Assembly: GCA_030265395.1 (NCBI GenBank)
Contig: JARFYF010000054.1
Location: forward strand, 11,458,795-11,522,794
Origin: Rhina ancylostomus
Taxonomy: Eukaryota
Reading direction: 5' to 3'
DNA length: 64,000 bases
The notes beneath the pieces were generated by a model. It made no database searches. It was not told the origin of the DNA and saw only the letters and a program-made list of their open reading frames with translations. This document shows positions 26,685 through 40,100 of the stretch, piece by piece (the first letter of the stretch is position 1; every line of letters begins with the position of its first letter). A program made the position numbers and the translations under genes.

Positions 26685-26748
26685 TTGGCATTTGAAGGGT
26701 CTCTCTGTGGAATGAACATGTTTGACATGACAGCTCAGATGATCTGGC
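26685..26748 (-). CDS. vezf1: Coding exon 3 (64 nt): end of ZF4 and linker
   Basis: Acceptor tttcctctccag|, donor CAA|GTAACT. Translates (R)PDHLSCHVKHVHSTERPFKCQ, as in VEZF1. Confidence 0.95.
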
Positions 26749-27860
26749 CTGGAGAGGAAAAAAAAAGGCCATGGATTAGATCTAAACAGAATAAACACCA
26801 CATTTACATTTTGAAATTAACTATCAAAAGCTCTGATGACTTTATAAACACATGCACACTCTAAGACAACATCAGCCCATATTACAAGAAGCTCCAAAGC
26901 ATCAGCCGGTGGCATTAGCTGATTTTGACTGGGACAGCAATAGTTGCTTTTATTGTCCTCAGTGCCTCTGCACTGTCCACAAACAATTCGCATACCCGCA
27001 GCTTAAGCAGAGTTAAAAATGAAAGGGTTAAACAAAGACAAAGATGTCCAATCATGTACCAGGATGCCTTGTCAACCACATTGAACTTGCATTACTTTCC
27101 TATTCATGTTTCAACTCATTGGCACTGATGTTTATTAAATGTCAGCCAATAAAAAACAGGCTTTGAAACTGTTACGTTCATAAAATTGCATTAGGACAAA
27201 GTGATAAACCCTTTTGCATTCTATTTTGCAAACATTTCACATTCAGTTTGTATTTACCAATTTCTTTTAAACAAAAACATTAGAAAGCATACAATATAAT
27301 TTCCTGATAAAAGCACGAAAGATCGCAGAATGTCACCAAATCTATTTGGCTATTATATAGGGATGCCATAATGTTATGTGTTTTTTTTTGTCCCTCAAAA
27401 CAAAAACCACGAACTTGCAGCATTTTGCACAGCACTGCTGTTGGCAACCAAAACAGACAAAGAAGCTAGATTAACCTTCCAAATGCCCCATTAACCCATT
27501 TCACCTGGCCTCACCCCATGCCACCTACTCTCCAATTTAAAACCACCTTTTTTTAAAAGACCTTTTTTCCAGTTCTGACAAAGGGTCTCCGACTGGCAAA
27601 AGTAACCATTTCTTTCCACAGATGTTGCCTGACCTGCTCATTATATGATGCTATGTGCCTATGATGCTGTTGCAGTTAACCTGTGCACACATGTACTTGT
27701 GCATACGACAATAANNNNNNNNNNNNNNNNNNNNNNNNNNNNNNNNNNNNNNNNNNNNNNNNNNNNNNNNNNNNNNNNNNNNNTGTACTTTATCTGCAAT
27801 GGTCCCAATTACCACCTCCCCTTCTTTTCCATACCATCCCCTAAACCTTGTAGTTTTTAC

Positions 27861-28537
27861 CTGGAGAATCCCTTTCCACAAAGGCTGCAGATGTAAGGTT
27901 TGTTGATGCCCCCTTCGTGTGACCGCACGTGATAACTCATGCGATCCTTTCTCTTGAAACGTTGCTGGCAAACTGGACACTCAAACGGCTTTTCGTCCGA
28001 GTGCGAAAGTTTGTGCCGGTTGAGGTGGTAAACGTCACGGAATGCTTTGCCACACAGTTCACAGCCATGATTCTTCTTCACTCGCCTGTTTGCATTCTTG
28101 TTGGCTGTGACTGCCGAGGTGCTGCTGGTGACAGTGGAGGTTGAGGCGGCAGTTGTAGTCAGCATCCCTGCAACAGTCGACACCAGTGATGCCGTACCAC
28201 CCACACCGGGCGCTGATGACATCAGTGAAACCATGGTCGGCACTTTCCTCGGCCGTGAGACCAACTTGATTCCTGTGTGGCATGACTCATGTCGTCGCAG
28301 GTGATAACTGTCTCTGAATGCCTTGCTGCAGTAACTGCAGATCACTGGTGTTCTGGTTTTCTCCTTCTTCTCTACGGTCACTGTAGGTTTTGGTGCTTCT
28401 TTGGGATCGGGGGTTTTTGGGGCTGCAGGCAACGTGGTCACGGGGACTTGCTCACGTGGTTCATTGACTGAATGCAGTATCGGTAGCAGGTTATTCTGCA
28501 CATGTTGCTGGTGTTGCTGCTGCGAGACATCAGCTGC
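27861..28537 (-). CDS. vezf1: Coding exon 2: ZF1-ZF3 and first half of ZF4
   Basis: Acceptor ttgtgttttgtag|GCA, donor CAG|GTAAAA. Encodes AADVSQQQHQQHVQNNLLP..., CSYCSKAFRDSYHLRRHESCH, CELCGKAFRDVYHLNRHKLSH, CPVCQQRFKRKDRMSYHVRSH, CSLCGKGFSR (track ORF 27857..28501). Confidence 0.97.
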
Positions 28538-28735
28538 CTACAAAACACAAGTGAGAGTCAGCTGAACACTGCTGTACTTCATAACTGCCTCTTTCTATAC
28601 GGATGAACTCATCCCGACTGCATCTTGTGAACTTGATACTTATGTTTGAAGCCTTCCACATTGGCTCTGTAGTTACAAACACTTCTGGTTCTCCTTTACC
28701 TGCAATGCCAACTGATTGGACAGTTAACTGTAATA

Positions 28736-28962
28736 TGGAGACACAAGGGACTGCAGATGCTGTAATCTGGAGCAAAGAACAAACTGCTGGAGGAACTCAT
28801 CGGGTTAGGCAAAGGGAAAGTCAAGGTTTTGGGCTGAGACCCTGCTTAAGGACTCCTGATATCCTGATATAGGGTCTTGACTCCAAACGTCAACTATCCC
28901 TTTGCCTCCAAAGACGCTGCCTGACCCACTGAGTTCCTCCAGCAGTTTGTTTTTTTTTGTTT
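28736..28962. mobile_element. Penelope-derived hairpin element
   Basis: Perfect 22-bp inverted repeat 28778-28799 / 28930-28951, plus imperfect inner arms. Confidence 0.8.
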
Positions 28963-29399
28963 CAAGCACCCTGAACTTGTAACAGCAATGGAACATTGGT
29001 GAACGTCTATAACCAATGCAACCAAAGTCTAAACAACCATTTTTACAACACACTCCCAAATGCCACTCTCCAATCTGCAGACTTCCACCCCCAAATTCTA
29101 TTCAGAACCAATCTGTTTTAGTTGACACAATTTAAGACTGTAATAATTTCCAGCTATTATACTGACAATGTTTCAGACCATAATTTTGATGATAATCAGA
29201 GTCTAGACATTTGGACATGATACTGGCAGGCTACAAGCAATAGCACCCAGTGCATCTTTAAAATAATGAATTCTCCAGACATGGACGATGCTTTCAAGGC
29301 CAAGTGTAATGTCAGAGTTAACTGAAAAGCTGGCAGTAGGTCTTCTCCAACATAAGCTGCAGTCCTTCTAGTGAATGTGAGCTCACAGATTACTGACTC

Positions 29400-30420
29400 A
29401 ACAGAAACAACGGGTAGCAAAATGCATCAAGGTTAGAACTGTGTGCAGTTTGGGGGTGATAACATTCCCTTGACTTTATTACTCAGGAGGATAACAATAG
29501 AGTTCAAGGGGCTCAGTATCTTGGTGTCTGTTGAAGTTATCTTGGCGAGTCACTATAATATATACTGCAGGTCACACACACTATAACCAAAGTATGGTAG
29601 TATGGTGGTGATGGAGTAGGTGGATACAGAGTAACAACCAAGTGTACTGGCATATCCTGAATGGTGTCAAGCAACTTGAAAATAACCTAATTTTTAAGCA
29701 ATCCAAGCATTTTTCATCATGCCACTGCTTGATCTAGAGCACTTGAAGAGCTAATGGCTTTGGTAACCTGGGTTAAGACAACTCTGCTATGCTTTTGGTC
29801 AACATTACCAAATGGGAATTTAATGGCCTTCCACTTGTTTAAGACTGTCATTAATTGGTATGAATGCTACCAACACTCATCTGCTGCTTTAAGGGTCACT
29901 GTGGCAGCATCATTATCAGAGAATGATACCAACACTCAAAGTCCTATTTCTGGCCTTACCAATAATTAAGCAGTTGAAAAAAAAATTAGACTGAGCACAC
30001 TGTCCTGAGAACTCCTGGGAAACTTCCACAGAACTTTTTCAGCTTCAGTATCAAATGCGACTTCAGCCAGAGGGGTTTCCTTTGTTCACCAGTCACTCTG
30101 AAAAGGGATTCCTTGGTGCCCTTTTCTTTTGATGACCACCTTGATGTCAAAGGCAATCATTCTCACTCCTTCAATGACATTCAGATCTTGCATCCACAAA
30201 ACCTACCACTTTTTGCAGAAAGTGAATTAAGGATTGATGAGATTATTGTAGTATAGATGCTACTGAAGTTGTCAATGACATTATCACTTCCATGATAAGG
30301 TGGTAACCGCCCAGGTAATATTAATCTTAATTGTGGATAGGTCACATCTGGGTTATCTTCATTACTGTTGGGTGGATCCCAATTATTGCTGTACTGAACA
30401 GTTTATAGAAATTTAGGATT
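29400..30420 (-). mobile_element. Degraded LINE fragments, antisense to the 20090 family
   Basis: gaccaccttgatgtcaaaggcaatcattctcac is complementary to the RT region near 20100. No intact ORF. Confidence 0.5.
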
Positions 30421-30519
30421 AGGGTAGGAGGAACTTTCACTCCTTAAACTTGTCGTCATTCATTATCTTAAGTGACCTCATACTTTACATCTGTCTTTGC
30501 TCCTAATCCTCAGGCATTC

Positions 30520-31570
30520 TAGTTAATCTCAGATTGAAAATTATCAACCAGCCCAGCATTTATTATAGTTTGCCGAAGACTATTCTAAACTTCCACCACA
30601 ATTTTGTAGAAATATTCCTGCTTTCGCTTGTTAGAGACCTTATTCAAATTTTTAAGCTGTGCCCTCGTTGCTAGCCTCCCCCACCAGTGGAAACAGCTTC
30701 TTTTTATAGGATTGGTTTGTCTTAAATATCTTGAAAACTTCTAATCATCACTTCATATTCTTAATTTCAAGTAGTACACATCCAGCTTGTGTCCAAATAA
30801 CATTGTGGCAATCTACCCTCAATCCCTCGAAGCACTCTCCCCAATCAACACACTTCTCAGGACTGCTGACTTTACTCTCTCGACATGGCTTAGCCAGGGC
30901 CTTGTATAGCAATAACATAATTTCTACCTTCCTTGTACTTCAGTCCTCCAAATACAGTGACCAGCATTCACAATCTTTATTTTTAGTACCAGATCACTGG
31001 TAGATAAGCATAGAATACCATCCCATCCCCCAATATCTTTGTCAAACCTTTATCATCACAAGTTTTTCACCATTTATCCATTTTAGGTCCAAAATGAATG
31101 ACCCCATATCTATCTATACTGAAACCCATGTTAGTTTTGCTCATTCATTTAAATCTATTAATTTATACTTCCATCCACACTGCTTACAATGTAGCCCATC
31201 ATTGTGGCACAGCCAAACTTAGATGTGGCTTTCTATCACACGATCCAAGTATAAATATTAGTTGCAGCTTCAACACTGATCCTGGCAGGAAACCACAAGT
31301 CACATCATGCCAATTTGAGCACTAGACCATTAATCCTACTATCGTCTGCCACTCAGCCAATTTCCTTAACAGGTCAACAATCTGGCTTCAATTCTACCAG
31401 TTTAACTTTAGCTAATGGCCTTTTATGCAGGACTTCACCAAATACTTTCTGCAAGTCCATTTGAATGACATCCATGGACATTCCCTGGTGTACTACTTTC
31501 ACCATCTCTTTAAAAAAAAAAGGCACTGCTATTAGACAGGACCCACTCTTCTCTGATGCACTGAAAATTT
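30520..31570 (-). mobile_element. Degraded CR1 LINE
   Basis: Reverse-complement CR1 RT and 3' motifs (cagccaatttcctt, aatactttctgcaagtcca, ccagtggaaacagcttc). Confidence 0.65.
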
Positions 31571-31814
31571 AAGGTATTTATGTGCTCTGTTCTTAATTAC
31601 ATACCAAAGCAGCTTCCCACCAGATTTACAGATTCATTGGTACCCTTTTATCACTCTCACCAGCAAAAAAAATTCTACCAACCTTTTACTCCAGTTCTCC
31701 AAGAGTACAGTTNNNNNNNNNNTCTAATGAAATGGTTCCCCGATCAGGTGAACTTTGGAAGGTTATTGGAGCATCTTTAACATTCTCACCTCTCTAAAAT
31801 CTTACAATAGAATT

Positions 31815-32325
31815 ATCTATCTGGATGAATCACGGCTTGGTATGGCAACTGCTCTGCCTAGGACTGCAAGAAACTGCAGAGTTGTGGACACAGCCCAGCA
31901 CATCACAGAAACCAGCCTCCCCTCCACAGACTCTGTCTATACCTCTTGCTGCCTTGGTGAAGCAGCCAACATAATCAAAGACCCAATCACCCGTGTCATT
32001 CTCTCTTCTCCCCTCTCCCATCAGGCAGAAGATACAGAAGCCTGAGGGCACATACCACCAGGCTAAGGATAGCTTCTATCCCACTGTGATAAGACTATTG
32101 AACGGTTCCCTTTTCCGATGAGATGGACTCTTGACCTCACAATCTACCTTGTTATGATCTTGCACCTTATTGTCTACCCGCACTGCACTTCCTCTGTAGC
32201 TGTAACGCTTTACCCTGTACTACCTCAATGCACTGCGTAATGAATTGATCTGTATGAATGGTATGCAAGACAAGTTTTTCCACTGTACCTTGGTACAAGT
32301 GACATTAATAAACTGATACCAATCT
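31815..32325 (+). mobile_element. Well-preserved Rex/Babar-type LINE 3' end
   Basis: Encodes TAWYGNCSA...RVVDTAQHITETSLPS...AANIIKDP, typical of the region after RT in Rex1/Babar elements. Ends aataaactgataccaat. Confidence 0.8.
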
Positions 32326-32759
32326 GGTCATAGGGATCACTCACTTGTGCCACTATTTCCTCTTTACTCCTATTTTTGCTAACATTAATCTTGCCAAGTC
32401 CCCGCCAGATACCTTTTGTTGTTTCTTATGCTAGACTGAATGCATTACATTTTTCATCACTATTAGATAAATATGTTTACTGCTAAATTTAATAAATATG
32501 AATTATTAAATTTAATATGGCTTGCCCTACATCTGCTCTGGGATACTCTTTTGTGGAAAACTCTCCTGAATATCAAAGAAATTTATTTGATAAGGGGATA
32601 GCCAGTACAGGTCTTTGGTAAGGAAGTCAAATCCTTGGCATCTGTTAAGTTGCATCCAACCAATATTAATATGAAGTGGAACAAACCATATAACCAATGG
32701 ATTGCAACCCATGGTGAAGTTCTTCCTGGAGAATCATCTACTCAGAACTTTTAAGGTAA

Positions 32760-34010
32760 TGCTTCTCAAAACTTGACCATGAATTGCAGCATACCTAGTT
32801 GTCCACCAGCACCCGCAACTCAGCGGAGTACAGCAATAGACCTTTGCTTTATTGGATTTAGAGACATTCAGCAAGTTTTGGCTTGTTGCTTATGTTTGGT
32901 ATTCATGCAGTCAGAAGTCAATCACTCATGATAGGCATGATGTCGCTCCTGCAACATCTTCTGATCAATCCTTCATCAAGTTTCAAAGCTGACCCTCTGG
33001 TTTGATGATCAATTAGCGGAAGTGGGAGGTAGCAAGGTACAGATTGTAAAAAGTTCAGGCTACTACTGATGGCCCACGGACACTCAGCCTTAGGACTGCA
33101 GGTATACTCTAATGTACTGTGCTGCTGCTGTAAAAAGCTAATCTTCATGGCACCCATCCCGTGTATGTACGCCTATGCCAGTAAACTTGACTCTAAGGCA
33201 CTGGATGCCACAATGTTCCACTAAAAGGAGTTTGTCATCACATGGACTGTGTAATGGTTGCTCTTATCAAGACGGAACCCAACAGATGGATGTTAAATAG
33301 GTGGGAATAAAACAAGTGTTGGATCCTTCATCAGATGGCCCATGTGGGCTCTGGAACTCAAGTCATTCAGGATACTTTTGTACGACCAGGCGCATTCTCA
33401 AATCTCCTATGAAGAGTCTCTAGCAAGTCAAATTCAACATGGGTGAATATGAGTTGCCAGTTAAGATTTGAGAGACTGGAGAGGATGAGGGGTGAAAAGA
33501 AAATCAGGAGCTTCCTTGAATTTGTTTGCCCTGAAACCATGAAACTTCAAGGGGTCAAGAAACAATGCTGATGCTGCCAGGATCACTCCTACTTTGCTAT
33601 GGATCTCACTGCAGGGGAATTTTCTTACAGTTAAGGTGCTGCTTCCTGTTGCTTGCAGCTTGAGATGCAAGACACTGAGAGGTGCTGGCACCACAGCCAT
33701 GTAAACATCATGCATAACATAAGAATCCATGACACAGCCAATAAGGTGAATATGATGCTACAAGTACAATGTCAAGCTGTTGCTTGGTCAGCTTAATGAA
33801 GGAGAAAAGAGAAAGAGAAAAAGACAAAAGGCAATCTGGTGGGTAGTGAAGAACATGGCTTTAAGAAGCATGGTGTCAATGTACTGACTTGCCTTATCCA
33901 CATGACTAATGCTGCAGCAGGATACATTAATCTTTTGAGCAGTTACAATCACCTACACGCTAATCTTTCTGACAAAATACAATCAGAATAAAAATAAAGC
34001 TTTTGTGGAG
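32760..34010 (-). mobile_element. Degraded LINE internal (endonuclease-side) fragment
   Basis: Composition and motifs resemble antisense CR1-group ORF2. No intact reading frame. Confidence 0.45.
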
Positions 34011-35464
34011 TATCTGCACTCAAAAAGTTACCTCAGGGCATAGGCCATCAAATAAAATTTTTATTAATAATTTAAAGGGGGTCTAAGAGAGTTTACATGG
34101 AGGTTCTGTTTCTATAGATGCAGCCAAGTTTGGAACAACATAAGCACCTTTTTATAAAAAGTACATAAAACTTTTTTATTTATACCTCATGAACTTGCCT
34201 GACCTTAGCTGTGGTGCTATTTTCCGAGTACTCTTCAGTGCTCGGAAAGATGGGGAGACCGTAACAGTAGCCAGGGCTTTAACTTTCTACCATCCACTAC
34301 AACAATGTATAATACATCCATCGTGGAATAACTTGGCTCACATTCACCGTCTAGGCTGATACACAGGAGAGTAGTTGTTTCCATGAAATGCAATTGGCTG
34401 CTGCAGACACACTTGGAAAAATACCCAGCAACAGTTACTATGTTGAGGAGAGTTGACAAGAAGATTGCACAGAGAAAAGATCAGTAGATGTTTAAGGTTA
34501 CTGATTACATCACTACACTCAATCATGCCAAATGTCATCTGAACCACACAAACAACCAGAGTTTTAAAGCAGGCTCTTCATGAGAATTGCAGTGTGATCA
34601 TAATAACGGCTGCAATTACATCTGAAAGAAAACATAAGCTATGTTTGTGTACTTGCAAGTCCTGTATGCCCAAGAGCAAACAAGCATCGCTCACCTGTGC
34701 CACAACATTTTATCCATTTAAGGTGCCAGATCAAGGCTCCGAGTCTGGAAAGCTACCTCTGTGCACCATTATCTTGTATTAATGCAATTAATTGATTCCG
34801 GTCTCTACATTGGTGAGCTCTGAAAACAACGACCCATTGTTCCATACATGTCCAGATGCTGTATGTTGGCACTATGAGTGCTTCAATGATCTGAATGCAC
34901 GGAAAGCAACTGATATTGTGCCAGTTTTCTCTATTAACCTCTGTGCGTCAAAGCAGCATGTTAGCACAGCAAGTTGGATCAACACATTCACAAGGCCTCA
35001 ACTGAACTGAAATTCTGACTTTCTACAGGGACTTTTTAAAAAAAAGCTTTCTGCAATGCAGGTCTTTGAATGAGATGTACATTTTGATTGCACTGCAGGC
35101 AGGAAAAGAATGCTCATTTGACCTGACAAAAAAGCTGCACTTTCTTCTCCCCATGAATTCAAATTTAAACTGTTATCACTTGTCAGCGGTTAATAGGACA
35201 GAGCTGGTGGGTGGGATCTGCATTTTCAAACAGCAGCCTTGATGAACTAAATTGTAAATTACAAATTTCAAATTATCAATGAAAGTTGATTTAGGAAGAG
35301 AATGCTTTCTAAACAAATCAATTCCAAAATGTATATTAAATATAGGAAATACTCAAGTCAGACAACTTTGGGGGGGGGGGGGGGGGAAAGACAAGAACAA
35401 AGGTNNNNNNNNNNCCCCCCCCCCCCCCCCCCCCCACCCCAAAGAGAAGAACAAATGTTTTATA

Positions 35465-35592
35465 GCAGTGACCATTTATCAGAAACCTCAGAAGCATTCT
35501 GATGAAAAGTCATCGACCTGAAACACTAATCTGATTTCTCTCTGTCCAGATCCTGCCCGGTCTATGGATTATTTCCAGCATCTGCAATATTT
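35465..35592 (+). mobile_element. Penelope-derived element with a hammerhead-core relic
   Basis: CTGATGA-aaagtcatcgacct-GAAAC at 35499-35524, followed by the family arm ctctctgtccagatcctgcc...atttccagcat. Confidence 0.65.
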
Positions 35593-36469
35593 CACTGTTC
35601 AATTATGTACACAGTTGAACTGATTCAAAATTAACATACCAGGAGTTGCTTTCACATGCTAAGCTGGGAATGCATAGCAACATAGAAGACTGGAGACTAG
35701 TTATGATACAAGCCTCAACTACAGAGAATGCAAAGAGATTAAACTCCATGGAGGAGAAAAGAAGCCTCTGGATTCTTTTTGTACCCATTACTGTGGGAGG
35801 TAAGATCCACTCTCCTTCAAGGCAACCTCAAAAGGCCATGACAAGAAACATAAGCTTCACTGCAAATGTCTGAAGTAACACAAGTTCGGACATCACGAGA
35901 ATGTGAAAAGCAGGCATCGGCATTAGAGTCTTAACATTGTGTTGAAATTACGTACGTCTTTGAAGCCTCCCAACAAGTTTTTTGGCATAGGATTCACCTA
36001 TGCATACAGAATAACAATGACTCACGTAATACTTGATGTGAACATGTGGCCCTTCGGTAAACTTTAAGACAGCTGCCATCCTCTCTCACGCTGTCACCCA
36101 GCTCAGGAGGACTCCCTCGCTTATACTTCTGCTTAATTAATCATTGGCAGAACATGTCCAGCCATGACTGTTCCTCTTTGGTCCCCTTTCCATCCTCAAA
36201 TATGTGCTGCTCCCTAGCAATCCTGTACAAAGACACTGCCGATTCCATGCTGGTGACACACAATCTCCATCCTCTTTGATCCCTCCCACATTAGCTGTCA
36301 GACACCCATTCTTGAATTAACTACAATTTTTGCCCTTGCACTGTACCTTTAAGACCAATCAGCACCCCTACCTCAGACCCCATACTGTCTTTTTAAAAGG
36401 TAATTTGATCAGCTTTATCTTCCACTTCTTCAGCATTGCTCACCTGGCCTGTGTTGGCTCATCTAACAT

Positions 36470-36742
36470 TTGAAAAGCTATCACTAAGGACCCTCATCAT
36501 CCAGAACATGCCCTCTTCTCGCTACTACCATCAGGGAGGAGGTACAGGAGTTTGAATTCACTCAGCAATTCAGAAACAGCTTCTTTCTTTCCGCCATTCA
36601 GACCGATCCATGAACACAACCTTGTTATTTTTTTGCACTATTTTGTGATTTATAGTAATTTTGAGTCTTTGCACTGTACTGCTGCCACAAAATAACTGAT
36701 TTCATATCATATAAAACAGTGATAATAAACCTGATTTTGAAA
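36470..36742 (+). mobile_element. Rex/Babar-type LINE 3' end
   Basis: aaggaccctcatcatcca...ccatcagggaggaggtacaggag parallels 31978-32043; ends aataaacctgatt. Confidence 0.7.
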
Positions 36743-36759
36743 TATTTGCCAACAATAGG

Positions 36760-37110
36760 TTGGACAATTTCTTTACTCTCCTGGCCAGCTTCTCATCCAT
36801 TATTCTTATAAACTACACCTCATCCAAAACTCTGCTCTCACTAACCCACATCAAATGACCTCATTCTTTCTTATCTACATTTGCTCCCAGTCTCACAATT
36901 TCTCCATTAAAATCCTGTGCTCCTGTTTATGTCACCTTGTGGCCTTAAAAAAACTTGTCTAAAACTTCAGCTTCAGCCTCTTTTGCACAGTTCCTCTTCC
37001 TTGTGGTCCTTTGGCCACAGTGCTTATGGTTGTGCAGATCTCATTCACTGGCATCCCCTCCTTAACCCTGTCTCCTGTACCCATCAAAAGGAATAATTTT
37101 GAACATGAGT
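36760..37110 (+). mobile_element. Old L2-like LINE fragment
   Basis: ctacatttgctcccagtc...aaaatcctg resembles the LHWLPV...KI region of L2 ORF2. Confidence 0.4.
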
Positions 37111-40100
37111 TTGGCCATATGTTCTTCACCTTTTGTTTGGTTGTGCCTTATGTGCAAGATGGCTTGTTAAAAAGCAGAGAAAAATATTTACGCTTGCAAA
37201 GCATCTTTTCAGATTTGCAGTCAAGAGTCAACTTAGTCCCTGAAATTTTGGAAAAAAACAGCACACATGAAATTTCAACTGGTCCATTTCACCAGAATTT
37301 ATGCTGTAAAAATATGGAAAATTACAAATGATGGCTATCAAGGAAACACAATGATTGGAATTGAATATTGTTTAGAAACAGGTGCTCAAACATTTGTCTT
37401 TCATGGAGCTTTTCAGAGTGAACTGCAGTCAGAGCAAAATAGCCAACAATTTTATTTCTTTCATTTTATTCTTTGCAATTCCATAGCGAAGGCATTGATT
37501 CATGCAATATTGCTGAAGTAATTTCTGGGTGGGTCAATCTTCACCAAACAGCATAGTTTTAAACCATAGGGCTGAAGCTCAAACTTTGTAATCTAANNNN
37601 NNNNNNNNNNNNNNNNNNNNNNNNNNNNNNNNNNNNNNNNNNNNNNNNNNNNNNNNNNNNNNNNNNNNNNNNNNNNNNNNNNNNNNNNNNNNNNNNCTAA
37701 CTTTAACAAAGAAACATTTTCCAGGAATGACTGGTAAATTTTTCTCTCAATGGACATATGTTTATATATCCGAGCCCAATGGGTGCACTGAGATCTTTCC
37801 AGCTGGCACATCTTGGTACCAAAACAGACACAGTCAGCCACTGAACCATCGGGGAACTCGTTATATTTTTGTAGAACTGGTTACTGTATTTTCAAAATAA
37901 CTGCAAAAGGGGAAGATAAGGCTGATCAAATAAACTTTAAAATTAAGACACCAATGTGCCCAAGCGGTTATATACTCAATTTTTTGTGTGCATCTTGCTG
38001 CATCGCAACATGGGGAATTATTACATTTCCAAAAGGTAGTGCCTTTCTGATAGCTGCAAGACCCTGCCTGGTTGTTCTGAACATTACAGATGCCATAACA
38101 ATGCCGACAGCAGCAGAGACAAATAGCTCAGCTACCATTATTCATCTCACTGTTGTAATGTGGTCTCCGTGTCAAGTGGCTGCCACATATGCCAACGTAC
38201 AAGCAACAGTTCAAAGTAATTCAATATATTTTTGCAATGTTGAGTCCTACTAAAAATACAGTTTAAAATGCAGAATTCATTTTCATCCCTTGCTTACCCA
38301 AGTGCCAACATTCTACTTCACTGTCATATCATGGAGTTACCAGCTGCCATTAAATTCAACGTAAAGTTTTATTTAAGAGAAGTCCAACACCAAAATGGGT
38401 AGATTGCACATTGATGAACATTTGTTACTGAATTAGAAGCTAATTATCAAACTAGGGGAGTGGGTCCACATTTGGGCAGGAGGTACCAATGTAAGTAACA
38501 GATAGCGTGATACAGCAGCAAAAAGGACTGGCAAATGTAGAGATACACAGCAGGACTAATATCTCCAAAACTTCAGCCAATCCTGTGACCATTGTACATT
38601 TAGGTCAATTGTTCACACCAAGTTAAACAATTCAAAATGTGCCAATTTGAAGCATTTTTAATAAGAATTTTCCTTTAAGAAAGTGTGCTTGTATTTTGTA
38701 ATGACACTGTAAGCAGTCACACAACACTAAAGTAGTATACATGGGCGCATGGGGAACAGTATGCCGTTTGAGCTCAATATAATTTGATGACAGTCCCTAG
38801 AGTTCAGTTGAATCTGGTGATAAAGAGCATGGTGTAGTGCCTTGCAGGGTTTGCTCTTTGGTGGGTACCAAGGGTTTTGTTACTGTGGAGCTCTATTACA
38901 TACTCTAACTTAATGTGTCCACACAGATGATTTGAATGTGCTCCAGAGTGCCTGATATCTACCAGCTTGTAGGTATCACTTCTACAGGCATAAGTTCTAC
39001 CGAAGTTTCAGTCATATTTTATTTGAGATGGAATTACAAAGCACCACAGTTACTTCAGTTTAACTATTATGCCAGACAACACATTCCACTCAGGGTGTTA
39101 CTCACAAGTGAACTAATGTAGGGTAAACTCCATAGGGATTGGGAAGGATGTTCTCTGTGACCTTCTGCACTGCCACCCACAGTAGCTAAGTGCACAATAT
39201 GACATGGGAGCGTGTCCAGGAAAGAAGCCTGCACACCCTTCAAAATGCTTCTGCATTATTTGCTCCTTTTCCTAATTTGATGCAGTGGGATCCTCCAAGA
39301 AACTTGCTTCCTAACTTAACATCAAAAGGCACTGTCAAATATTTTGTTTACAAGTAACAAAAAAACCACTATTACATCCAAAAAATTTCAGTTTTTCCAC
39401 ACCATTCAAACTAAACACTGCCTCCATAGCTAAAGTCTGATCTGATGACATCATTAAAAGAAAATTACAACTTGAGCCAATCAACTCGGAACAAAATCAC
39501 TCCCTGGTAAATCCCCACAAATATGTGTCAACCAAATTTGCCTTCAGCTCATAAAAAGGCAGTGCAGGAAAGCCTGGTTGTTCGACAAGGCTCTGAGATA
39601 ACAGCAGCAAAGGAAATCCAGAGAGGCACGACCAAATTTACCAGCTTCAACAGAATCCACAAGGCCAGTATTGGTTATCAAACCACAATAAACATTTCAG
39701 CGTGAATTCTACTATGAAGTGGGAAACCATAATCAGAAACCTATACCATTTGTTAAACAAAAAGATTATCCTCAAATTAACTTAGCTTTCAGTCTGTTAA
39801 AAACAACTGGGCCAGTTAGTCCTGACTGAAATAATTTTAAGTTTTTATGATTCTGAAAAGTCAGTTGTCTACATTACATGCTTAAGATTTAAAGTGAAAA
39901 ATTGCTCCTTAATGGTTTGAAAGGCAAATATCTAAGGGCAGGGAACTCATTTCTCCTGGCAGGGATATTGTCCACTCCGATATGGATATGTCTGCTGGGC
40001 AATGCTTCATCCTGGATGACAACAGCTTCAAATGTTCAATATAGCCCAGAGTGCAGTTTCAGTAAATTTGTAGTCATTTTTACAGGATTTGTTGCCCAAG

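Noticed and set aside
35370-35440. Poly-G and poly-C runs flanking a gap (apparent hairpin or G4)
   Set aside because: Homopolymers at a gap edge are unreliable and probably an assembly artefact.
37813-38253. 146-aa antisense ORF in intron 1
   Set aside because: Non-ATG start, no recognisable homology, not clearly coding-like.
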